A stretch of DNA of 28,328 bases, from positions 1 to 28,328 of IMG/VR virus record IMGVR_UViG_3300038675_001008, one strand, 5' to 3'. Positions 21,485 through 28,328 of the stretch are shown here, one piece after another. The notes under the pieces are model-generated. The model made no database searches and was not told where the DNA came from. It saw only the letters and a list, made by a program, of their open reading frames with translations. Position 1 is the stretch's first letter, and each line of letters starts with the position of its first letter. Made by a program: the position numbers and the translations under genes. This DNA comes from a virus (lineage: Duplodnaviria; Caudoviricetes).

Positions 21485-23215
21485 GTGAATCGTAAGCGCA
21501 CCATTCTCAAGGGAGAACTCCGCAACGTGGAAGTCGAGTTGGTCTCGCTTCTCTTCGATGAGATGACTCCCGCCAATCAGAAGGGTTTTGTGGTCAAGAA
21601 CGCTTCGGGACGGAGCTTCGAACACAAGATCAACTCCACCAAGTTCAAGAGTGAGACGTCAGGTACCCAGGGTCGGCTATTCGTCACCCTGATGGAGCCC
21701 AACATCCACGACTCGCAAGGTGATTATTACACCCGGGAAGAGATTCAGAAGGCCTGCGACCACTTCGCCAAGCATGGCCTGGTCGGCAAGTGCGACGTGA
21801 ATCACAACATGCAACCCGTACCGGAGTTTACCGTAGTCGAGAACTACATCCTGAAGACCAGCGACCGGGAACACTTCCCCGATACCAAGGTGGGAGCCTG
21901 GGTCCAGGTGCTGAAGTGCGAAGACCTCAACTCTGAACTCTGGCAGAAGGTCGAGAAAGGCGAGTTCAATGGTGTCTCCATCTATGGCCGGGCCGATGAC
22001 TACCGCAATGCGGAAGCCAGCCTTGCCGAGATCAAGGATGAGCTCAATAGCCTCCGCAAGGTAGCGGAGCACAACAACAACACCGAGCTGCAGAAGGGCA
22101 TCACCGCCATCAGTGAGAAGATCGGTGAGTTGGAGAAGGGTAAACCCAAGCTCCAGCTTGGCGATGCCATCCACAGCATCGAGAAGAGCCTCAAAGACCT
22201 CTCCGTTACCATGAGCAAGGCCATCTCCAAGAGCATACCAGGCGAACCAGACAGCAACCACCAAACAACTGACCGTGAAGTCAGCATCGATGGCAACAAG
22301 ATCGTGGTCAAGGCTGCTCATCGTGAGATCTACAAAGGCATCTCCGACGTGGACTCCAGCAAGGCCATGAACATCCTCAATCCCAATACCACCTCGCTGT
22401 TCATCGATGAGGTGATCGGATCACAGCCGGGTGATACCCTCTCGGATATCTCGGTGCTGCCGCTGCTCAAAGACGAGAAGATCGACGTCGGCCTAATCGA
22501 TGACCTGGTCTTCAAGAACTCCCTCGATGGCGCTCTGACGGCTCAGAACGTGAGCACCGCCGACCTCTCAGTGCCCACCGGGATACTTAATGCCGAGTTT
22601 ACCTTAGGCAGGGATGTGGTCGAGTTCTACAAGGACAAGTACGGCGAAGATGCCTTCGGAGCCTACGTGGAGAACCACATCGCCAAGAAGACCGAGAAAG
22701 CCATCCGCCTGCTGCTCTTCAGAGGTGACCGGGCTTCCACCACCCCCAAGCTCAAGGCTCTGGATGGAGTGATCAAGCTGGCCACCGCCGCCTCAGATGT
22801 CAGCAACCTCTCCAAGGCCACCTATCCCGACTGGGCAAAGCGCTTTGAAGCGGCTCTATTGGCTTTCTCTGACGAGATGTTGGAAGAGCAGGAGAACTTC
22901 AAGTTCTACGTCAGCCATAAGGACCTGATCCGTATCCGGGCTGAACTTGCCAAGCGTGCGACCGGAGCCGGAGACAGACTGCTGCTGGAAGGCGGCCAGG
23001 TATCCTTTGCGGGTATCCCCGTCAAACCCCGTCTCATGCCTGATGAGTACATCATCGGCGGCCTGCCCAAGTTCATCATCGTAGGCTATCGCACCGATGC
23101 CGAGTTGAAGGTCGAACATCATGGAGCGGACTGGAAGTACCACTGGTACATCCGTATCCGGCCCGGGATCACCTACATCTCCGGCTTCGTGAAAGTGTTC
23201 AAACTCACCACCTAA
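21485..23215 (+). CDS. Fused XkdF-like prohead protease, coiled-coil scaffold and major capsid protein
   Basis: DSQGDY...EEIQKAC...DVNH...GAWV...GEFNGVSIYG, followed by a helical linker and a ~290-aa capsid-like region (LLLFRGD, DGVIK). AAGGAGG RBS before GTG 21485. Confidence 0.78.
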   Translation: MNRKRTILKGELRNVEVELVSLLFDEMTPANQKGFVVKNASGRSFEHKINSTKFKSETSGTQGRLFVTLMEPNIHDSQGDYYTREEIQKACDHFAKHGLVGKCDVNHNMQPVPEFTVVENYILKTSDREHFPDTKVGAWVQVLKCEDLNSELWQKVEKGEFNGVSIYGRADDYRNAEASLAEIKDELNSLRKVAEHNNNTELQKGITAISEKIGELEKGKPKLQLGDAIHSIEKSLKDLSVTMSKAISKSIPGEPDSNHQTTDREVSIDGNKIVVKAAHREIYKGISDVDSSKAMNILNPNTTSLFIDEVIGSQPGDTLSDISVLPLLKDEKIDVGLIDDLVFKNSLDGALTAQNVSTADLSVPTGILNAEFTLGRDVVEFYKDKYGEDAFGAYVENHIAKKTEKAIRLLLFRGDRASTTPKLKALDGVIKLATAASDVSNLSKATYPDWAKRFEAALLAFSDEMLEEQENFKFYVSHKDLIRIRAELAKRATGAGDRLLLEGGQVSFAGIPVKPRLMPDEYIIGGLPKFIIVGYRTDAELKVEHHGADWKYHWYIRIRPGITYISGFVKVFKLTT

Positions 23216-23243
23216 TCAACCAACTAAGAGAAGGAGTATCTCT

Positions 23244-23594
23244 ATGGATTTCATCTTCGCCAATCAGCAGTTTATCCTGGGCCTGGTCTCGGCTCTGGTG
23301 GTCTGGATCATCTCCAGAACCACCGGGAAGCTGATCGACAAGGCCAAGGTCAACTCAGCTCTGGCTATCATCCTGGACATCATCCAGGATATCAAGATCA
23401 ACCCTGCCACCAAGGACCTCGACGACTATGCCAAGAAGCAACTGGCAGTCGAACGTGCTACCAAGAGCCTCCCCAGTAACCAGACCAATCTGGTCATGAA
23501 GATCTTCGGCACGATTGGGGGAGCGGTCGAGTACGTCTTCCATAACCGCAAGTGGCTGTTCAGTATCGGCAAAGCCATCAAGGGAGTATTTTAG
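23244..23594 (+). CDS. Putative holin
   Basis: N-terminal transmembrane helix, amphipathic helices, small size; AAGGAG RBS. Confidence 0.5.
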   Translation: MDFIFANQQFILGLVSALVVWIISRTTGKLIDKAKVNSALAIILDIIQDIKINPATKDLDDYAKKQLAVERATKSLPSNQTNLVMKIFGTIGGAVEYVFHNRKWLFSIGKAIKGVF

Positions 23595-24140
23595 ATGCCT
23601 AACCCCATCTCCCAACCGACCTATCCGGCTCCCATGGTGGAGTCGGATTTGCAGTTCAGTGCCCTGATGGATGTGATGATTGCCGACGATATCTACTTCG
23701 GGATAGGCACCTATACCGAGACTGATATCAATACCCTCTATGCCACTCAGGGAAGCACCAAGACTGAACTGACCACTAACTTCGATCTGCTCGGAGAACT
23801 GGCAGAGAAACCCGGTAAAGCCGATTCCAAGATCACCAAGCTCAAGACCCGGAACTATGCCATACCCGGTAAGCGGACCTCTACTGTGGAACTGACTATC
23901 GTAGGTCTCTCCACCAAGCAAAAGAACTTCCTTGAGAGCTCTGCCTTCATGGGCAAGAACACTACCATCGTAGTCACCTCCAAGGGTATGGATAGAGTGG
24001 TGATCATCAATGGCCTGCGATGGACAGTGGACTGGTCAGGTGAAGCTGACGGTCTGTTCACAGTCGTCATCTCCACCGAGTTTTCCGGAGTAACTTCCAA
24101 CAAGATCTTCCTGCTCAAGGACATTCCGGCAGGAACATGA
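23595..24140 (+). CDS. Probable major tail tube protein
   Basis: 181 aa, Thr/Gly-rich with beta-strand pattern; upstream of the chaperone that has a slippery site. Confidence 0.55.
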   Translation: MPNPISQPTYPAPMVESDLQFSALMDVMIADDIYFGIGTYTETDINTLYATQGSTKTELTTNFDLLGELAEKPGKADSKITKLKTRNYAIPGKRTSTVELTIVGLSTKQKNFLESSAFMGKNTTIVVTSKGMDRVVIINGLRWTVDWSGEADGLFTVVISTEFSGVTSNKIFLLKDIPAGT

Positions 24141-24188
24141 TAACCAAGTCGTTAAACTCAATCACCCAATAACCAACAAGGATAAGAC

Positions 24189-24389
24189 ATGGATTGCCAA
24201 TGCAAACCCGAGATCAAACAACGCATCGACAGCGTGCATGAGGAGATCTACGGCAATGGTAACAGCAATAACTCACTGGTAACTCGTATGGCGAGAGTGG
24301 AGACGAACATGAAGCTGCTTCTGGGCGTCTCCACTACCCAGTTCTTCATGCTGATCGGCGTTGCCATCAAGATGTTCTTTGGACAATAG
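24189..24389 (+). CDS. Small membrane protein (coiled coil plus C-terminal TM helix; XhlA/holin-like)
   Basis: IYGNG...LVTRMARVE followed by a hydrophobic C-terminus; AAGGA RBS. Confidence 0.6.
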   Translation: MDCQCKPEIKQRIDSVHEEIYGNGNSNNSLVTRMARVETNMKLLLGVSTTQFFMLIGVAIKMFFGQ

Positions 24390-24406
24390 AAAAGGAAAAC
24401 ACTAAA

Positions 24407-24867
24407 ATGAAGCGAGAACTCCAACTCAGCTATAAACAACTGCGGCAGATACTCTGCCTCACGATCTCCAATACGACCCTCAAAGCCAAGCTGGAGGACT
24501 TCCTCTCCGGTAATGTGACTAAGGTCAGTGAAGTGGAACTGCTGGAGATCATCTCAGAATCGGAAGCCGACAAAGAGCTTATCCGCATCATCTCAGGAAG
24601 TGAACCTGACGAGATGGATGCACTGGAAGCTCTGGAGCATATCTCTGCTTTTTTCGTCTATATCAGAGCCAGCAAAGAGAGGTTCAGCGCTTGGCTCGGG
24701 AGTTTCGGATTAGCGGTCAAAGTGCAGGAAAATACCCCTATGAGAGCTTCGAAATGATAATGCGTAAGCTTGGCTTCACCACTGAGGACTTCGCTAATCT
24801 CACCCTACCGGAGCTGTACCTGCGGCTCTGCCTGACAAGTATGAAAGCTTACAGAGGAGACATCTAA
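24407..24867 (+). CDS. Tail assembly chaperone pair (short form ends at 24757; -1 frameshift form ends at 24867)
   Basis: In-frame slippery heptamer T TTT TTC at 24649-24655; the -1 frame is open to TAA 24865-24867 and encodes LGFTTEDFANLTLPEL. Confidence 0.7.
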
Positions 24868-25058
24868 TGGATGCATTGATCGGCTGGATCGGAGGTAAAC
24901 GCCTCCTCCGCAAAACTATCTCACAATACGTTCCCAAGGACATTCAGGGCTATATCGAACCCTTCGGTGGTGCAGCCTGGATGCTGCTTTTTAAAGATAA
25001 GTGGGGTGCTCTGGAAGTCTATAACGATCTCGACTATCACCTAGTCAATCTCTTCTAA
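24867..25058 (+). pseudogene. Truncated Dam-family (D12 class) DNA adenine methyltransferase, N-terminal 63 aa only
   Basis: WIGGK, YIEPFGG, EVYND...LVNLF, then a stop; no DPPY half; AT-rich DNA follows. Confidence 0.85.
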
Positions 25059-25263
25059 TCAGCACTATCATATAGAGTCTGTTGAGTCAGTAACACCATA
25101 CCAAAGATGTGCTTAGATAGATGATGCATTCAATCATCCTTTTTTAAAAAAACCAGTTGGTTTCGGCTGCAAATCGTTTATTTTGCTTGTATAAGGCTAT
25201 ATTTTATGATTCCAAAGAAACACAATTACAGATTTGATGCACGGCTAAAGTGATGAAGGAATT

Positions 25264-26712
25264 ATGGTTAAGAATCATTTCAGATTTTCAGAATTAGTTC
25301 GTAGTACACTCTTTCATGGGTGCTTTCTTTGCGTGCTCTTGTTATCCTTTGCCTCACTCAATGCTATTGACTATACCGTTCCTTATTACCCTAGGAAGAT
25401 AGACACCTGTGATATTAACAACGATGAGCACACGGATATTATAACCCTTACCTCGGAAGGTCTATGCGCCCTATATAATATAGGAGATGGTACTTTTACC
25501 CCTTATGAACTAATAGTACCGGGTATCATTGATATTGTAGCATGTTGCCAGTTGGATAATGCTGCTGGTGATGATATAGTTGTGCTTCGTTGCTTAGGGA
25601 ATAGCGAGGGAACTTTGATCCAGTACGAATACTATTACAATGGCATTTTCTCTGAACCCGTCATTGTACCCTTTACTGGTAACTATACTTTACATGCTAC
25701 TTTCAAATACGCACATGGCGATTTTAACAATGATGGACTTCAGGATATAGTTCTCACAGGCTTCGTTGAGCATCCCTCAAATCAAAAGTACTGGTGCTAT
25801 ATGTTCAATCTGGGTAACAATCAGTTCTCAGAACCGTTATGGATGCAGTGCCATTACAATGATAACAGTGATTTGGATGTAGGCGATATCAATAACGATA
25901 ATTTTGATGATATTATCTTACTTGATTCGTCCATATTCATTCTGTATAGTGCAGGGACTTCGTTTGTAACCTATGAGATATATGGGAATTATCACTATTT
26001 TTCTGTCGCTGTTACTGACTTTGATAATGATAGCGATGGCGATATTGTAGCCAATAGCTGGGAAGGCGGTTGGAACAACCATCACCGATACTACGAGAAT
26101 GTTTCATACCAACAGTTTATTCTTCACGATCAGGTTTTCCAGCACTTTTGGGGAGATATGTTTGTTGCAAAGCTTAATGCTGATGCCTATCCAGATTTGA
26201 TCAGCATCTATGGAGTTGGATTTGCCGTGTTCATCAATCAACAGGATTGGACAACTGTGCTTGGTCCCGATTATGATATGACTACAGGGATTACTGTCAA
26301 AGGGACTGTGGGAAGATTTAACAACGATGAGTTTGATGATATAGCAATCTCCCGGTTAACTGCACCTAGCAATAATCTAGCAATCCGTTATTGTTATGGA
26401 GATGGGAACTTCCAGGAGACTCCTGTATCGAACCATGATGAGGTGATTCCATCCGCTATGAACAGAATCCAATGTTATCCCAACCCTTGTGTGGACTATG
26501 TAAGCTTCAAGAGCATTTCCAATGACACAAATACTTCTTATACAATCTATAACATCAAGGGGCAGGCAGTCAGACATCTGAACCCTCACGGCCAGGAGTG
26601 CCAATGGGATCTGAAGGATGAGTATGGGAACAAAGTTGGGGTAGGTATGTTTTTTGTGAGGAGTAGAAATCAACATGGAGATCAAGTAAGCAAGTTTATA
26701 TTGCTCAAATAG
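25264..26712 (+). CDS. Secreted FG-GAP/VCBS-repeat beta-propeller protein with T9SS-like CTD
   Basis: Signal peptide ending ASLNA; seven DxNND-like repeats; CTD CYPNP...IYNIKGQAV...WDLKD...GMFFV. Confidence 0.87.
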   Translation: MVKNHFRFSELVRSTLFHGCFLCVLLLSFASLNAIDYTVPYYPRKIDTCDINNDEHTDIITLTSEGLCALYNIGDGTFTPYELIVPGIIDIVACCQLDNAAGDDIVVLRCLGNSEGTLIQYEYYYNGIFSEPVIVPFTGNYTLHATFKYAHGDFNNDGLQDIVLTGFVEHPSNQKYWCYMFNLGNNQFSEPLWMQCHYNDNSDLDVGDINNDNFDDIILLDSSIFILYSAGTSFVTYEIYGNYHYFSVAVTDFDNDSDGDIVANSWEGGWNNHHRYYENVSYQQFILHDQVFQHFWGDMFVAKLNADAYPDLISIYGVGFAVFINQQDWTTVLGPDYDMTTGITVKGTVGRFNNDEFDDIAISRLTAPSNNLAIRYCYGDGNFQETPVSNHDEVIPSAMNRIQCYPNPCVDYVSFKSISNDTNTSYTIYNIKGQAVRHLNPHGQECQWDLKDEYGNKVGVGMFFVRSRNQHGDQVSKFILLK

Positions 26713-26722
26713 GAGGTAGATC

Positions 26723-27628
26723 ATGTAGATCATGATTGTTATGCTTGTTATTGTAATGAGCATGTCGTTTCTTTTCGGTACGTTTAGCAAAGAAGATTGT
26801 TTATTTCGATCCAGCACATAATAATAATGTAGAGGATAAACTACAAGAATACCAGTTAGCGGCAGCCGGGTTATCCAAAAGTGTTGAATATATACCGGAA
26901 CCTTCAGTAGAGATGATCCCTGGAGAATTTTTGTATTCGGATAGCATTTATCACGATGTAGACACAGCGTGGATGATGTATGACGATAATGACGAAAAAC
27001 GCAACTGGTCTGTTTATCGCCGGTTTCAATATCCTGGATCTGTATATAATAATCCATGGCAGGAGGATATTGTGATTACTCCTCTATGGGAAGATTATTG
27101 GGGAGATTTCAATAGAATTCCAGTGATGGAGTTTAACAGACCATTCCCCTATGTTGCTAAAAAACCATTCGCTATTTCCTTTGCTAAACTCTGGATAGAA
27201 GTCAAGCCCCATGCCTCTATCACTCGATATTGCTTTTATAAGTACACCTCCATTAATAAAAACCACTAGATTGGGGAGAAACCTATTATCGTAACTTGAT
27301 ATCACATTAGCAAAATGATGAGCCTCGAAATCTCCAACATCAACAAAAACCATAAAAGCAAACAAAGGATTAAAAATACAATCCTTTCAATCCAAGCACT
27401 ACTATCAAATTTAGTATACCTCAAGATTCTTCTGTAAAGTTAGTTGTTTACAATATAAGAGGGCAGGTTGTAAAGACCATTGTAAACGACACCTTACCTA
27501 AGGGCAGCCATAGTGCTTTCTGGAATGGAGTAGATGATAATGGTCGTGCCGTTTCTTCAGGTGTTTATTTTTACAGACTTCAAACAGGTAACACATTGTT
27601 AACGGGTAAGTGTTTGCTACTTAAGTAA
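26723..27628 (+). pseudogene. Decayed secreted protein gene with an intact orphan CTD at 27380-27628
   Basis: AGGAGG RBS, ATG immediately followed by TAG, a signal-peptide-like stretch and further stops; ends with NPFNPSTTIKFSIP...YNIRGQVV...WNGVDDNGRAVSSGVYFYRL...LLLK*. Confidence 0.8.
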
Positions 27629-27649
27629 TATCCAAGTGCATATAGCAAT

Positions 27650-27676
27650 AAAGCCCCGGTTTAAATCCGGGGCTTT
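27650..27676 (+). terminator. Intrinsic terminator-like hairpin closing cargo cassette 2
   Basis: AAAGCCCCGG-TTTAAAT-CCGGGGCTTT, 21 nt after the CTD stop. Confidence 0.8.
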
Positions 27677-27708
27677 ACCTATATAAAACAGTTTGATTTT
27701 GAAGATAG

Positions 27709-28128
27709 CGAACTAATAACCTCTATGGATTGCAGTCCATGCTGATGCTCTATAATGCCACCATCTTCACCAATGCACCCGGACAGATCATCCTCAAGAA
27801 CAAGGATGCCTACTCCACTACCATAATAGACATCGCAGATGAGGATGTAGTATCCTTTGTAGTCAAGCGGGGTAATCAGGAAAAACCCGATATCAAGACC
27901 ATCGATGTCCTGGCAGGAGATACCACTCAATTGCAGGGGCTGATCAAAGACTACCTGATTGACTTCTATGACTCCAAGTGGAGCGTAGAAACAACAATCG
28001 ATCTGCTTGCCAAATACAACCTCTCACTCCAGTCTAAGATACGCATCCAGACTAAGGTCTATGCTATTACCGAACTGGAGCGGGATTACATAAATGATGA
28101 GTACAAGGTGAAAGCATGGCTATTATAA
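27709..28128 (+). pseudogene. Probable C-terminal remnant of a phage tail-region gene
   Basis: Phage-like codon style resumes; no RBS; the frame is cut by TAG at 27706-27708 just after the hairpin; overlaps the next gene. Confidence 0.5.
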
Positions 28129-28328
28129 GGGGCTGGAGACTGATCCGGCAGACTCCCCAGATGATCTATTACTTCAACTGCTCCAATGGACAGGTTGAGT
28201 ATGCCCCCAATCAGAAGTATCGCATCGAGAAGAAGAACGCATACGATCCCACCCTTATCCATAGAAGGAAACCTATCGGGAAGACTCCTTCGATCTGGAA
28301 GCGGTTCTTGGCCATCCGAGTACTGTAG
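28116..28328 (+). CDS. Hypothetical phage tail-region protein, possibly frameshifted near 28270
   Basis: AAGGTG RBS, overlap with the upstream frame. An alternative frame (TYREDSFDLEAVL) looks more protein-like than the called C-terminus. Confidence 0.45.
   Translation: MAIIRGWRLIRQTPQMIYYFNCSNGQVEYAPNQKYRIEKKNAYDPTLIHRRKPIGKTPSIWKRFLAIRVL

Larger units (their letters stand above)
1..28328. mobile_element. Mu-like transposable prophage, probably defective; ends lie outside the window
   Basis: Repressor divergent from a DDE transposase plus AAA ATPase, GemA-like and DUF3164-like genes, terminase, portal, capsid, endolysin and tail genes. Several pseudogenes; no tape measure gene. Confidence 0.92.

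Noticed and set aside
112-23921. Many antisense and alternate-frame ORFs (e.g. 3798-4415, 5697-6491, 10324-11127, 21677-22321)
   Set aside because: They are shadows of well-supported genes with biased codon usage and show no recognisable motifs.
10390-26728. Stop-codon reassignment explaining in-frame TAG/TAA codons
   Set aside because: TAG, TAA and TGA all end intact genes here, and most internal stops co-occur with frameshifts or deletions.
12360-27628. Diversity-generating retroelement or integron behind the repeated CTDs
   Set aside because: No reverse transcriptase or tyrosine integrase, no near-identical template/variable repeat pair, and the hairpins lack attC core sites.
1-28328. 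Mu-type TG...CA ends and target duplication
   Set aside because: The window starts and ends at ORF stop codons, so the element termini cannot be seen.

Overview
The window is a Mu-like (transposable) prophage, probably defective, in a host whose secreted proteins carry an FlgD-Ig/T9SS-like C-terminal domain (CTD). Candidatus Cloacimonadota or a related FCB lineage is inferred from this. Gene order: S24 repressor (-), divergent early operon (HTH gene containing a TGTCCAAGTG repeat array, DDE transposase, MuB-like ATPase, GemA-like, DUF3164-like), small and large terminase, head morphogenesis gene, cargo block 1 (broken Type ISP/IIG-like R-M gene; FG-GAP propeller plus C25 peptidase), endolysin, virion genes, PBSX-type portal, XkdF-protease/capsid fusion, holin, tail tube, tail chaperone with a -1 slippery site, truncated dam, cargo block 2 (FG-GAP propeller plus a decayed CTD gene) and tail-gene remnants. 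Main observations: two non-identical cargo cassettes share the same architecture and terminal hairpin; the repressor's catalytic Ser is replaced by Ile; a 25-bp motif recurs before two late gene blocks; no tape measure gene is present. All family calls are by motif recognition, with no database searches. The prophage ends are not visible.
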